From IMG/VR virus record IMGVR_UViG_3300033148_003000: a stretch of 41,479 nucleotides of DNA. One strand, written 5' to 3'. Of this stretch, positions 1 to 9,448 are shown one piece after another. The notes below the pieces were generated by a model, which saw only the letters and a list, made by a program, of their open reading frames with translations, did no database searches and was not told where the DNA came from. This stretch comes from an uncultured virus (IMG/VR IMGVR_UViG_3300033148_003000). Taxonomy: Duplodnaviria > Heunggongvirae > Uroviricota > Caudoviricetes. Positions within the stretch are counted from its first letter, which is position 1; the number at the start of each line of letters is the position of its first letter. A program made the translations under genes and the position numbers.

Positions 1-991
1 TTTCTTTAACCAATTTTGGGTTATTTTGTGTTGTTTTTTTAATTTGTTGTTGATAAACTGGGAACACTTCTTTTTCACGTAAATCATTTATATTATTTGG
101 AGTAACCAACCCATGTAATAAATATTGTAATGATTTTTGTTTGTATTGGGTATAATCTTTATTATATATATGAATAGTAGCTGGTCCATGTTTAGGGATA
201 TAAATATTTTTTATCTTATTTCTATATTGATTAATAAAATTATTTATAGTCAGGACATGTTTTAAATTATTATCTAAAATAATGATATGATTTTTTTTAT
301 TTTTATTATAATAAATATGGATTAATATTCGATCATCTTTAATTTCATATTTTTGTATACTTTGGATTTCGTTTTGTATATAATCTAAAGTATCAATTAA
401 TTGAACACGGTCTTGGGAATCTCTTAACTGTTTTTGGTCTTTTATTGAGTTGTCTAACCCAACCAAAGATCTTTCTTTATCAGTCTTTGATAATTGGTCA
501 ATTTCTTTTTGTAATTGATTACAACTATCTTCAGATTGACTTTTAACATCAAATAATTTATCGAAAATATATTTACATCTTGTATGAGAAATATGTATTT
601 GTGATTTACGTAAATCATTATATTTTTTTAGATAGGATTTCCCATATAATATTGAAGTTATCGATTTATAATATGTTTGTTGTTTTTTTTCTTGAATGAA
701 AAATCCTGGGTTTTTATCAAATGGTAATCTAAGTTTTATATACCTAATATCATATTTATTCAATTGTTCATAAATAAAACGATGTAATATTGAAATATGT
801 TCTGTATCATTATCTAAAATCATTTGAGAATATTGGTCCTTATTATTTTCCGAAATGTTAATTAATATTCGGGATTTTTCAATCTCATAATTAACAATAT
901 TATTAACATTTTCTTTGATGTAGTCTAATTTTTCCACCAATTCATTTGATACTTGTTTAGACATTAAACCGTTTTCTATTATTGTTGACAT
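1..991 (-). CDS. Hypothetical protein with two internally duplicated domains, truncated by the window edge
   Basis: I translated it manually. ATG at 991 is preceded by AAAGG and the frame is open to base 1 (MSTIIENGLMSKQVSNELVEKLDYIKENV...). It contains two similar blocks: LDYIKENVNNIVNYEIEKSRILINI...NDLRK and LDYIQNEIQSIQKYEIKDDRILIHI...NDLRE. Confidence 0.75.
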   Translation of the reverse strand, partial: MSTIIENGLMSKQVSNELVEKLDYIKENVNNIVNYEIEKSRILINISENNKDQYSQMILDNDTEHISILHRFIYEQLNKYDIRYIKLRLPFDKNPGFFIQEKKQQTYYKSITSILYGKSYLKKYNDLRKSQIHISHTRCKYIFDKLFDVKSQSEDSCNQLQKEIDQLSKTDKERSLVGLDNSIKDQKQLRDSQDRVQLIDTLDYIQNEIQSIQKYEIKDDRILIHIYYNKNKKNHIIILDNNLKHVLTINNFINQYRNKIKNIYIPKHGPATIHIYNKDYTQYKQKSLQYLLHGLVTPNNINDLREKEVFPVYQQQIKKTTQNNPKLVKE

Positions 992-1015
992 TTAATAACC
1001 TTTCTTTAAATTTTT

Positions 1016-1248
1016 CTAACTTTTGTTAAATATTTCCTCTAGTTCTTGTTGTATCTCATAACCTTTTAAACTATAACCTAACATACATATCCCTCTAAAT
1101 AATTTCTTTTCAGTTATTTTTCTTTTTTTTTTGTTTCTTGCATAACTTTCATAACCATTTCGTCGATAAGTTTACAGGTTTCTTGAGGGATGGGATTTCG
1201 GTAACAATAATTTTTAAGTTCTTCAACTGTTATTTCTTGTTTGTCCAT
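1016..1248 (-). pseudogene. Small hypothetical gene, apparently frameshifted in an A10 run
   Basis: MDKQEITVEELKNY... stops just after the A10 tract (plus T 1123-1132). One extra A joins it to RKITEKKLFRGICMLGYSLKGYEIQQELEEIFNKS*. Confidence 0.45.
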
Positions 1249-1257
1249 TATTAACAC

Positions 1258-2238
1258 CTATGAAGATTTTGAATCATCAACTTCGTTTAAATCATCGGTT
1301 TTCACACTTTGTAAATAACCAATCATTCCGCCCAAAATTCGATGAAATTCTTCAGGATTATCGATACCATATGTTAAATCACTCAGAAACCCAGTGCCTT
1401 TCATAGTTATTCCAATTTGTGTTCTATCTTCAAATATAAAACCATGTAATCTAACACAATCATAATTAAATCTGTACGTTTGTTGAAAATCTTTAATATT
1501 GAAAGGTTTTACATTATCATACTTACTTGAATTAGGTGACTTTAATTTCCAAATTTCTTGTTGAAAAGATTCTAATTGTTTTTCCATTTTACTTACTTGT
1601 TCTTTTGATAATGTAAGTTCTTTAGATGTTTTAATATATTCTATATTGGATCTTTCAATTTGATTTTGTAAAACATTTGAATGATTTTTTAATTCCTTAA
1701 CTTCATTTTGAAAAGACTTTAAATGCCCTGTCATATTGGATACTTGTTGTTTGGTTTCCGTTAATTTTTGTTCTGTTTCCTGTAATAGACCATAAAAAGT
1801 ATCATTTTCTAAAATATTAATATGATCTTTCATTTCTTCAATTTCAACACATTGTTTATTGTAATCACTTTGAAATTCTCGAATAACATCATTTTGAGTG
1901 TCGATTTCTTTTTCTTTTAATACTGTATCATTATATTGTGATTCGTTTTCATCTTTTAATTCTTTAATAACATCAACTTTTCTATTACCTTCTTCATTCA
2001 ACATTTGAATATGTTTACCGTTTCTAATCAAAGTACGAGAAGTTTGTTCCAGTCTTTCCAGCACGCATTCATATGCTAATTTATAAACACCACAAGGTGT
2101 TACTTTAGGTGTTAACTGACCAGAAGGTTTTCCATATTTATCTAACAACATTTCCAATTTAACATTTTGATTATCAAATAAAGTTGTGAATTTTTGTTCA
2201 ATTTTGTTTTGTTCAACTTTGTTGTCTTTACTAATCAT
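1258..2238 (-). CDS. Coiled-coil hypothetical protein
   Basis: 326-aa ORF with a long E/K/Q/L heptad-rich central region. Confidence 0.75.
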   Translation of the reverse strand: MISKDNKVEQNKIEQKFTTLFDNQNVKLEMLLDKYGKPSGQLTPKVTPCGVYKLAYECVLERLEQTSRTLIRNGKHIQMLNEEGNRKVDVIKELKDENESQYNDTVLKEKEIDTQNDVIREFQSDYNKQCVEIEEMKDHINILENDTFYGLLQETEQKLTETKQQVSNMTGHLKSFQNEVKELKNHSNVLQNQIERSNIEYIKTSKELTLSKEQVSKMEKQLESFQQEIWKLKSPNSSKYDNVKPFNIKDFQQTYRFNYDCVRLHGFIFEDRTQIGITMKGTGFLSDLTYGIDNPEEFHRILGGMIGYLQSVKTDDLNEVDDSKSS

Positions 2239-2446
2239 TAACTTCTCCTTTATTATTTTCTGATATTAAATATGTATAAAAATCTTCTTTACAATAATTA
2301 TTTTTATACTCATCATTTTGTGTTGTTATTTTACAAAATATCTGTTGTTTATTATAATGATAACTATGAGTCCATATTGAACCTACAGATATACCAACTA
2401 TACACGACATTAATAGTACAATTCCTAAAATACATTGATCATTCAT
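2231..2446 (-). CDS. Small membrane protein
   Basis: N-terminal hydrophobic helix. First gene after the promoter at 2486. Confidence 0.65.
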   Translation of the reverse strand: MNDQCILGIVLLMSCIVGISVGSIWTHSYHYNKQQIFCKITTQNDEYKNNYCKEDFYTYLISENNKGEVND

Positions 2447-2485
2447 CTTTTTGACCTTTCTTCGTTTATATTCTTCATTTACTTA

Positions 2486-2514
2486 ATTTTAACACAATTA
2501 TTAAAAAAATACAA
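2486..2514 (-). promoter_or_regulatory. Sigma70-type promoter
   Basis: Minus strand TTGTAT-17 bp-TAAAAT with an extended -10 TG, in an intergenic gap. Confidence 0.7.
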
Positions 2515-2521
2515 GTTATAA

Positions 2522-2559
2522 TTAACAATAATTAATAATTATTTACAATTATGTAAAAA
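2522..2559. promoter_or_regulatory. 10-bp-period direct repeats upstream of the -35 (putative OmpR-family/HLR1-like operator)
   Basis: Plus strand TTAACAAT aa TTAATAAT ta TTTACAAT ta TGTAAAAA. Confidence 0.45.
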
Positions 2560-2561
2560 TA

Positions 2562-2876
2562 TCACTTGCACAAAAAATAAGTAATTGGTAATACAACCCC
2601 AATAAATACTCCGATTATAGTTACCAAAACCAATGTTGGTAAGGAAGTAAATCCAAATACCATCACCCAAATTGTACCTAAACCTAACAAACCATAAATA
2701 ATAATTGATACAAATAATAATGTTGTTAAACAGCGTTTAAGATCATTGGGTTGCACTACTTGTTTATAATAAGTAACACATTGTTGAAGTTTTTGTTTCA
2801 GGGTTTCTTTTAATTTTTCTTTAATATTGGGTGTTTTTTCTTCTTGAATCTTATTTTGTAATTTATCTTTAAACAT
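2562..2876 (-). CDS. Membrane protein with two predicted TM helices
   Basis: Two C-terminal hydrophobic stretches. RBS AAAGGTGA. Confidence 0.7.
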   Translation of the reverse strand: MFKDKLQNKIQEEKTPNIKEKLKETLKQKLQQCVTYYKQVVQPNDLKRCLTTLLFVSIIIYGLLGLGTIWVMVFGFTSLPTLVLVTIIGVFIGVVLPITYFLCK

Positions 2877-2889
2877 TTTTCACCTTTCA

Positions 2890-3099
2890 CTAAACATAGA
2901 CTATATCTTTAAAACATTTTTGTATTTTTGTAAAAACTTCATCTCTAATTTCTTTATTACAAAAAGTAATAAACTGATCTTTTCCTTCTTTAAACCTAAA
3001 TACAATTGAATATTCGCCAGTTCCAAATACTTTATAATAAACTATTACATTATCAATATCAGGGATTAAACAAACATCATCAACACATAAACTTTTCAT
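2890..3099 (-). CDS. Small hypothetical protein (F-x-N/S-x-E/K-x-R helix family)
   Basis: RBS AGGAG. The C-terminal ITFCNKEIRDEVFTKI resembles ORFs 4388 and 22640. Confidence 0.6.
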   Translation of the reverse strand: MKSLCVDDVCLIPDIDNVIVYYKVFGTGEYSIVFRFKEGKDQFITFCNKEIRDEVFTKIQKCFKDIVYV

Positions 3100-3113
3100 T
3101 TCTTCTCCTATCT

Positions 3114-3740
3114 TTATTCATAAATCCAAGATCCATAATCTTGATTTTCTAAAATTTCTAATATTTCATTTTGTTTTTCTTTTGAGTATATCCATTTAAA
3201 AAGATCTTCTAATATACCTGGAGATAAAAATTGAAAACTATCATGAAAATTAGTTTTTAACATCACCGTTGTAATACATTTATAAATAAAATGTATTTTT
3301 TCTTTAGATAATTGTCCTGATCCATGACAATGTTCACAAGATGTATTATAAGAACCACCATAATCACTTTTTCCTATAATACCTCTTCCTTGACAATACC
3401 AACATAAATTACTTGATAAAATTAATTCTAAATATCTTTTTTTATTTTCATCAGTAAAATCTGCTATAATTTTATTTTCATATTTTTCATCAATAGTTTT
3501 TTCATTGTATTCTATTTTATTATGAATATATTTCTTTAAATCTTCCAAATCTTCACAACAAATCTCATCTCCTGGTAAATTATCATATTTTTCAATTAAT
3601 TTATCTATATTAATTATATCATTTTTTAAATCTTTATTAATATCCCTTTTATCACAATCATTACATTCTCTTATTCTAATTGTTTTATTTCTAATATCAA
3701 TACGTTGTTTTATTAATTCTTTTAGTTCTTGATTATTCAT
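3114..3740 (-). CDS. Hypothetical protein with DnaJ-type zinc finger
   Basis: CWYCQGRG and CEHCHGSG (CxxCxGxG) motifs. Confidence 0.7.
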   Translation of the reverse strand: MNNQELKELIKQRIDIRNKTIRIRECNDCDKRDINKDLKNDIINIDKLIEKYDNLPGDEICCEDLEDLKKYIHNKIEYNEKTIDEKYENKIIADFTDENKKRYLELILSSNLCWYCQGRGIIGKSDYGGSYNTSCEHCHGSGQLSKEKIHFIYKCITTVMLKTNFHDSFQFLSPGILEDLFKWIYSKEKQNEILEILENQDYGSWIYE

Positions 3741-3744
3741 TTAT

Positions 3745-4068
3745 TTAATACTCCAAATTTCTTTTTTTAAAAAATTTTGTAATTTCTTCCAATTCATGTT
3801 TTATTTGGTAATTTGTAACATACATATCGTGGTTTATTTGAAGATTCATCCAAAAATGTGATGTTGTCCCGAATAATTTAGATAATCTTAATGCTGTGTC
3901 AACAGTGCATTCACCACCATCTAATAATTGTTGAATAACACCTTCACGAAATTTCCCCAAAATTGTTATATCTTTAACTGTTATTCCATACACGTCTATA
4001 AATTCTTGTTTTAATATCACCCCAGGATGTGTTGAAGGTTGTATATTACAAATGTCATTGTTTAACAT
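3745..4068 (-). CDS. higA: HigA-family addiction-module antitoxin (HTH), no adjacent HigB
   Basis: THPGVILKQEFI...TVDTALRLSKLFGTTSHFWMNLQINHD matches the HigA signature HPGEIL...ALRL...FGT..FW.NLQ..YD. Confidence 0.85.
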   Translation of the reverse strand: MLNNDICNIQPSTHPGVILKQEFIDVYGITVKDITILGKFREGVIQQLLDGGECTVDTALRLSKLFGTTSHFWMNLQINHDMYVTNYQIKHELEEITKFFKKRNLEY

Positions 4069-4073
4069 TTTAT

Positions 4074-4298
4074 TTATACTCCAAAACTATACATATAATC
4101 TGATAAAAATGTGCTCAAATCTATTTCTTTACTATTTTGTAAAAATTCATTTTTTGTCATTTTTAATCGTTTACATTCTCTTTCTAAATGTTTATCATTT
4201 AATATTTGGAAATTGAGATGATCTGGAGGACCATATTTACTTAAATTAAGTCTATAAAATTTTTCTTTATCAATTGTTAAATTATCATCATTTAACAT
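4074..4298 (-). CDS. Hypothetical protein
   Basis: ORF track, with RBS AAGGA. Confidence 0.55.
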   Translation of the reverse strand: MLNDDNLTIDKEKFYRLNLSKYGPPDHLNFQILNDKHLERECKRLKMTKNEFLQNSKEIDLSTFLSDYMYSFGV

Positions 4299-4387
4299 TA
4301 ATTATTATCCTTTATATAATATCCATAAAATAATTACCTATAAATTCAAAATGCGTAATAATTGTTTTAACTTTATTCATATAATAT

Positions 4388-4597
4388 TTATTCTTCTTTC
4401 AATAACAATAATTGATCTAATATTTTTAGTTGTTTATTTCTATCTTTTTCAGATTTATAATAAAATACATACACATTGTCTATTTTAGATATACACCAAA
4501 TACCATAATCACTAAAACTTGGATTTATTGGACTATAATTTAATAATTCATTAATATCAAAACGCCCATTTTTATTATCATTCATTTTAATAAACAT
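4388..4597 (-). CDS. Small hypothetical protein
   Basis: RBS AAGGAG. First gene after the promoter at 4640. Confidence 0.6.
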   Translation of the reverse strand: MFIKMNDNKNGRFDINELLNYSPINPSFSDYGIWCISKIDNVYVFYYKSEKDRNKQLKILDQLLLLKEE

Positions 4598-4639
4598 TTT
4601 CGGCTCCTTATTTACTTTAACAATTATTTTCTTTATTTA

Positions 4640-4668
4640 AGTATCTCATGTTTTATCTAAAATGTCAA
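4640..4668 (-). promoter_or_regulatory. Sigma70-type promoter embedded in the 3' end of the nicotinamidase gene
   Basis: TTGACA-17 bp-GATACT with an extended -10 TG. Confidence 0.65.
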
Positions 4669-5242
4669 GTATCTGAGAAGTTGTGTAAAGTTTTACTCCC
4701 AATTTTTCAACACGTAAAAGAAAGTTTTTACTGTCTTGTTTATTTATCCCTGCAATTGCGTCTGTAACGATCGCTACTTGATAGTTTCGTTTAATTAAAC
4801 CCTCAACTGCTTCTTTAACACAAAAGTCTGTAGAAACTCCATAAACAACAATTAAATCAGGATTAAATTTGTTTAACTGTTTTTCAAAATTAGAATTTGT
4901 AAAAACCGATATTTGGTTCTTTTCAAACACTGTCCTTTCAGTACCTATCAAAAATGTTTCTAAAATTTTGAACCAACCTTTTTCACCTTTAATACAATGT
5001 TGTGGAAACACATCAAATTCACTATTTTTAACTGGATAAACCCAGTTATCTTTATTATGTGTGTCCATTGTTACAAATACGTGATAATTTTCTCTAGCAT
5101 AACGAGTCAGTTTTTTTAAATTTGGCATAATATCTACACTATCAGGTACGTATGTTAGACTTTCAGGATTTAAGAAGTCTTCTTGTGTATCAATATCTAG
5201 AAATAAAACCTTATTAATATTTTTATTAATATTCTTATTCAC
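4646..5242 (-). CDS. pncA: Nicotinamidase / isochorismatase-family cysteine hydrolase
   Basis: DIDTQEDF (catalytic Asp), DTH, FPQHCIKG, FEK and GVSTDFCV (catalytic Cys). Confidence 0.8.
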   Translation of the reverse strand: MNKNINKNINKVLFLDIDTQEDFLNPESLTYVPDSVDIMPNLKKLTRYARENYHVFVTMDTHNKDNWVYPVKNSEFDVFPQHCIKGEKGWFKILETFLIGTERTVFEKNQISVFTNSNFEKQLNKFNPDLIVVYGVSTDFCVKEAVEGLIKRNYQVAIVTDAIAGINKQDSKNFLLRVEKLGVKLYTTSQILDILDKT

Positions 5243-5486
5243 CTTTAAATTCTACCATATTAGGAAATATAACTCTTTCACCTTTACTAAAATCACCATC
5301 TTTTATTAAATATACTTCATTTCCTTCTTGAATCTTTTGAATAAAAAAATCAAAATAACCTAATGCTTGTATAAATACTTCTGAACAATTATTAACTTCA
5401 ATAATTATTCGAAGTTTTTCAAGTATATATAGTAATTTTTCATTTACTTTGAAATTTATATTTACTGACATTTTATTTTCCTTCAT
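5235..5486 (-). CDS. Ribbon-helix-helix (CopG-like) DNA-binding protein
   Basis: VNINFKVNEKLLYILEKL...NCSEVFIQAL gives a beta-strand/helix/helix pattern. Confidence 0.5.
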   Translation of the reverse strand: MKENKMSVNINFKVNEKLLYILEKLRIIIEVNNCSEVFIQALGYFDFFIQKIQEGNEVYLIKDGDFSKGERVIFPNMVEFKGE

Positions 5487-5527
5487 AAATTGTAATAAAT
5501 TAACACTCTGAGTTCATTTAGATAAAC

Positions 5528-5938
5528 CTAATTAAAGTCTTTAGTAAATAAATTTTCAATTTCAATATTTGAAAAACTATTTAATAAATTTTTCAAATTT
5601 AGAACTTCTTCACTACTCATGAAAACTAAATGATTTTCTTGTTTAATTTCACTATATTGAATTAAATCTAAAGTTTTATATTCATTATCAATTTTTACAA
5701 AAATATCATTAATTGGATTTCCTTTTGATAATAATACTTCTTCACCTTTTAATAATTTATTTTTGTTTCCCATCTTTTTAAATCCCTTTCTCAGTTGTTT
5801 GTTTAATCTTTTAATTCCGTTTATTATTACATTTTGTAATATACCTGTCTCTTTTGTATTTAAATTAGATAATAAATATTTATTTGGTATATCACCTTCC
5901 CAATCTTTAAATTCCAATTTAATATCTCCCACGATCAT
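5528..5938 (-). CDS. Hypothetical protein
   Basis: ORF track. Confidence 0.55.
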   Translation of the reverse strand: MIVGDIKLEFKDWEGDIPNKYLLSNLNTKETGILQNVIINGIKRLNKQLRKGFKKMGNKNKLLKGEEVLLSKGNPINDIFVKIDNEYKTLDLIQYSEIKQENHLVFMSSEEVLNLKNLLNSFSNIEIENLFTKDFN

Positions 5939-6089
5939 GTTCTTTAGCTTTTTTAACTATTCTACATAATTCGCATTCATAACAACTTGTAGGACTCGTA
6001 GTTAAAAACAATTGATTACAAATTGAACATGTAATTTGATATTGATCTTCAGATTGATCTCTATTTAACCAATTATCGATATGTTCCAT

Positions 6090-6452
6090 TTAATTACTCC
6101 TTATTTCACCATATTTAAATTCATTAGATAAAAATATGTTTTCATCTTTATTGAATAATTTATTTATAATATTTAACAATTGAGTATTTTTTAAACCTTT
6201 ATCTAATAAATCCATATCATATGGTAATTCACCTAATGATCCTTCTTCGATTTCTTTTTTAACCAACTTAGCAAAAACCCTTCGGTCTTTAACATGTTTA
6301 CACCATGTTTCCAATTTATTTAAACAAAATTGTTCGTGGAGTTCTTGTTTCAATTCTCTTTTTCGTTGTAAATATTCCTTCTTATGGTTAAATTGCTTTA
6401 AACCTTTGTTTATTTGTTTAAGTTCGTTTAATGGTTTCAATGTTTTAATCAT
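6090..6452 (-). CDS. Hypothetical protein
   Basis: ORF track. ATGA overlap with the upstream gene. Confidence 0.6.
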   Translation of the reverse strand: MIKTLKPLNELKQINKGLKQFNHKKEYLQRKRELKQELHEQFCLNKLETWCKHVKDRRVFAKLVKKEIEEGSLGELPYDMDLLDKGLKNTQLLNIINKLFNKDENIFLSNEFKYGEIRSN

Positions 6453-6759
6453 TTATTCTCCTTTTCTAAATTCTCTAAATATTTTTTAATTTCATCACCG
6501 TGACATCTTTTAGGGTAACACCAACAAAACAATTTTAGTTTACCATATTTTTGGTAGATTGTCAATAACCTTTTAACTTTTTTTTGTAATTTTGTGTTGT
6601 TTTGTAACAATTCGGCATATTTATCACAAACTTCATTTCTATGGATTTCATCGATCATATAATAAGGATTACCAAATAATCCTTGACGATCAATACGAAT
6701 ATCCCATGGATCAGAAGGTTGTATTTTTCTTAAATTTTCTATTGTTATATTGATACCAT
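6449..6759 (-). CDS. DUF4326-family protein; the true N-terminus lies upstream of the track ORF
   Basis: The same frame extends to INITIENLRKIQPSDPWDIRIDRQGLFGNPYYM...LFCWCYPKRCHGDEIK (R...GNP and CWCxPxxCHGD motifs). It needs an ATC/ATA start after AGGAG, or a 1-nt deletion after the ATG at 6759. Confidence 0.75.
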
Positions 6760-6775
6760 TTCTCCTTTAGATAAA

Positions 6776-7303
6776 TTATATCCATTTAAATTGAGTTTTA
6801 TCTTTTTCCTTATTTATTATTTTGTTAATAATTACCTTTGGTATCCAACTTGTTTTTCCTCTTATTTTTCTTTCTTCTTCTTCTTCTTCTTTTATCATAT
6901 TACAAACTTTTTTATTAGTTACTTTTTCTATAATAATATAACCAATATCATGTATTTCTAATATAAAATTGGTTTGACATATTTTACATTTTCCTATGAT
7001 AATTTCATCTAATACATTATTTAATATATCTATATTATAATGAATACAACAATCATTTATTTTCATATTTTCTTTTATAAATATTTTATCTTTTCCTCCA
7101 GGAGTTTTAACAATTATTGAATCTGAGTTTTTCAATATTTGTGTTCCAATTTTATCTAAATATGGATTTGGCATGATTATATTAACAATATCAACACCTT
7201 GATTGTAGTATTTAACATATAAATTTGAGTCTTCTGAACAATCAAAATCATCAGGAAATAGTTCAGTTACAACCTTTTCAAACATTGTTAATTCTTCTAT
7301 CAT
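6776..7303 (-). CDS. Hypothetical protein
   Basis: ORF track, with RBS AAGGA. Confidence 0.6.
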   Translation of the reverse strand: MIEELTMFEKVVTELFPDDFDCSEDSNLYVKYYNQGVDIVNIIMPNPYLDKIGTQILKNSDSIIVKTPGGKDKIFIKENMKINDCCIHYNIDILNNVLDEIIIGKCKICQTNFILEIHDIGYIIIEKVTNKKVCNMIKEEEEEERKIRGKTSWIPKVIINKIINKEKDKTQFKWI

Positions 7304-7373
7304 TTATTTAATCCTTTATTTTATTCTTTATTGTTAAAGAAATATGTAACCTGGATATGACTAAACTATATAT

Positions 7374-7724
7374 TTAACCACCTTTTAATATTTGACTGAA
7401 TAAATCTTTCAATAGTGAAATTTCAAATTCATCAAAACTTTTAATTAATTTTCCATTAGTATATTTTAATTGATACAATTTTTCTCCATCTTCGTCTAAC
7501 TTTATAATTAGATAATAATCAGAAGTTATATATACACGTTTTTCATTTACACAATGACATTCTGGACATATCCATGTAATCCAATCAAAATCAATAAAAT
7601 TGTATATTCCTTGAGAAGGTGTAACCATTCCTTGAGAAGGTGTAAACAATCCTTGAGAAGGTGTAAACAATCTTTCTTCATATAAACATCCAAAATTGTT
7701 ACATTTTAAATAAAAATTGTTCAT
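7374..7724 (-). CDS. Hypothetical zinc-binding protein with an in-frame 7-aa repeat
   Basis: CNNFGC and CPEC pairs flank (L/M)(F/V)TPSQG x3. Confidence 0.6.
   Translation of the reverse strand: MNNFYLKCNNFGCLYEERLFTPSQGLFTPSQGMVTPSQGIYNFIDFDWITWICPECHCVNEKRVYITSDYYLIIKLDEDGEKLYQLKYTNGKLIKSFDEFEISLLKDLFSQILKGG
7608..7672. repeat. 21-bp tandem repeat x3
   Basis: The unit is TCCTTGAGAAGGTGTAA(A/C)CA(A/T). Confidence 0.9.
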
Positions 7725-7967
7725 TTAATTATCCTCATATTCATTTAATATTTTAGTAAATAAACCTTTTAATGATGACCTTTCATTTAAACAAGCATCA
7801 ATATAATCATCAACTGCATAAGTAAAATCTCTTTCACAGTCTTTAATTGTTAAACCTTCATATAAACATAAATCTTCAATGTTAAGAATTTTACCCCAAT
7901 AACATTTGTCTTCTTTTGACCATTCTAATGATCCTGTATAGTTTTTGTGTTTTATCTCATTTTTCAT
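7725..7967 (-). CDS. hicB: HicB-family antitoxin (N-terminal domain only), no adjacent HicA
   Basis: MKNEIKHKNYTGSLEWSKEDKCYWGKILNIEDLCLYEGLT...FTYAVDDYIDAC matches the HicB pattern YKGY.GS.E.S.ED....G........Y.G...AVDDY. The likely start is the ATG at 7967. Confidence 0.8.
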   Translation of the reverse strand: MKNEIKHKNYTGSLEWSKEDKCYWGKILNIEDLCLYEGLTIKDCERDFTYAVDDYIDACLNERSSLKGLFTKILNEYEDN

Positions 7968-8448
7968 TAAAATTCTTCCTATAATTAGTTGTGTCAATGT
8001 TAACTCTTTCAAAAATATCAAATTTTATATCTGGATGAGTATTTTTCTTAATAATAAATATAATTAATGAATAGTCTTCTAATTTCCTTTGTAGATTAGG
8101 AGATAGGTTTTTAAAGTACTTATTATCAAGTTCTGTTAGTAGGCTTAAACTTTTAAGTTTAAACTTATTGTCCATAAAACTAAAGAAAGTATTGAGTCGT
8201 TGTTGTCCATCAACTACTTCATAAGTATTTTCTAAACTTTCTGAAAGATAAATTACAGGAATGGGAATACTTAACAAAATTGATTCTATTAATTTTGATT
8301 GTCTTGCCGGTAATTTAGACCAAATATCATTACGTTGATCCTCTGAACTTAATAGGATCTCATTATTTTTATATCTTCTATACAGTTCAAAAACTGAACG
8401 TTGAACTTTTTCAATATAAATATCTTTTGTTTCATTTTTTAAAACCAT
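7957..8448 (-). CDS. Stand-alone DUF262 (ParB/Srx-like, GmrS-type) domain protein
   Basis: QRNDIW, LIESILLSIPIP, EVVDGQQRL and DIFERVN motifs. Confidence 0.85.
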   Translation of the reverse strand: MVLKNETKDIYIEKVQRSVFELYRRYKNNEILLSSEDQRNDIWSKLPARQSKLIESILLSIPIPVIYLSESLENTYEVVDGQQRLNTFFSFMDNKFKLKSLSLLTELDNKYFKNLSPNLQRKLEDYSLIIFIIKKNTHPDIKFDIFERVNIDTTNYRKNFNEK

Positions 8449-8690
8449 AAAACTTCTCCTGTAAATCCTTTACGAGTTTTTAAATTACTAGAAAGAGATC
8501 TCACTTTTACACCATTTGAGAATTTTTCTTTTATCTTCTTTAACTTTTTATTTGGCTTCTTTATATTGGTGATAGTTTGTCTTGTGCATATAGGGCAATG
8601 ATTTCCCAAAATATTTTTATATTTTTTATTTTGACAAAATATATCCAATCTAAATACACTATTACAATAATCACAAAAATAAATTTTCAT
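8439..8690 (-). CDS. Zinc-ribbon hypothetical protein
   Basis: CDYC...CPIC. Confidence 0.55.
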   Translation of the reverse strand: MKIYFCDYCNSVFRLDIFCQNKKYKNILGNHCPICTRQTITNIKKPNKKLKKIKEKFSNGVKVRSLSSNLKTRKGFTGEVLWF

Positions 8691-9043
8691 TAAAACCTTT
8701 CCTTAATCATTGTATCTTCATCCATCTTAGTATAACCCAACTTTTTAAAGAAGTCAATATTTAAAACATGGTATATTAACAATTCTTTATAATTTTCAAA
8801 TACAGTTTCTTCCAAAATACTCATTAAATATTGTCCATAACCTTTGTTTCTATATTGTTTTAAAACTTCAATACTATACAACTTGTTTTCTTTAAACATA
8901 GCATATCCAAGTACTGTATTACCTTCATCAATTACTATCAAAAATTTGAAATCTTCTACAAAGTCTTTATTTAATTTAAATTTTTTAAGTATTTGTTTTA
9001 CTAAAGGAAATTTTCCTTTTAGTTCTAACATTGTACAATTCAT
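8690..9043 (-). CDS. GNAT-family acetyltransferase
   Basis: IEVLKQYRNKGYGQYLM (acetyl-CoA motif A) and FFKKLGY. Confidence 0.85.
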   Translation of the reverse strand: MNCTMLELKGKFPLVKQILKKFKLNKDFVEDFKFLIVIDEGNTVLGYAMFKENKLYSIEVLKQYRNKGYGQYLMSILEETVFENYKELLIYHVLNIDFFKKLGYTKMDEDTMIKERF

Positions 9044-9203
9044 TTAATTACCTTCGCTTATATGGTTCTAAATTTTAATATTGATGACCCAAATGGGGTC
9101 ACTTACAAAATAATGATTAATTTGGTACTAACATACCTATCATGATTTTAATGATTAATCTCGACTCTGTTAAGAACATTTCCGTGGATATTTACATTTA
9201 TCT

Positions 9204-9413
9204 CTAATTATTTTTATTAACGATTTTATCAACAATTTCTTGACAATGATTTTTGATCCTTATCAGGTCTTTCAAATCTAAATCTATTGCTATTTCTTTT
9301 ATCAACACTGTTTCTTGTTTGATATTGTTGTGAACCAAGTCTTCAAGAATTAAATAATCATCTTCTATAGTTAACACAGTTTGTTCGTTATCATTGTTTT
9401 TAATTATTTCCAT
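9204..9413 (-). CDS. Small hypothetical protein, paralog-like to 15678..15920
   Basis: KEIAIDLDLKDLIRIKNHCQEI versus KEICMKLDLKDIKKIRDYCNEI. Confidence 0.6.
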   Translation of the reverse strand: MEIIKNNDNEQTVLTIEDDYLILEDLVHNNIKQETVLIKEIAIDLDLKDLIRIKNHCQEIVDKIVNKNN

Positions 9414-9448
9414 TATTCGTCTATTTCTCCTTCTAATTTTCTTCTAAT

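Noticed and set aside
9085..9101. Hairpin TGACCC-AAATG-GGGTCA as a terminator
   Set aside because: The stem is short and lacks a U-tract on the coding strand, so there is not enough support.
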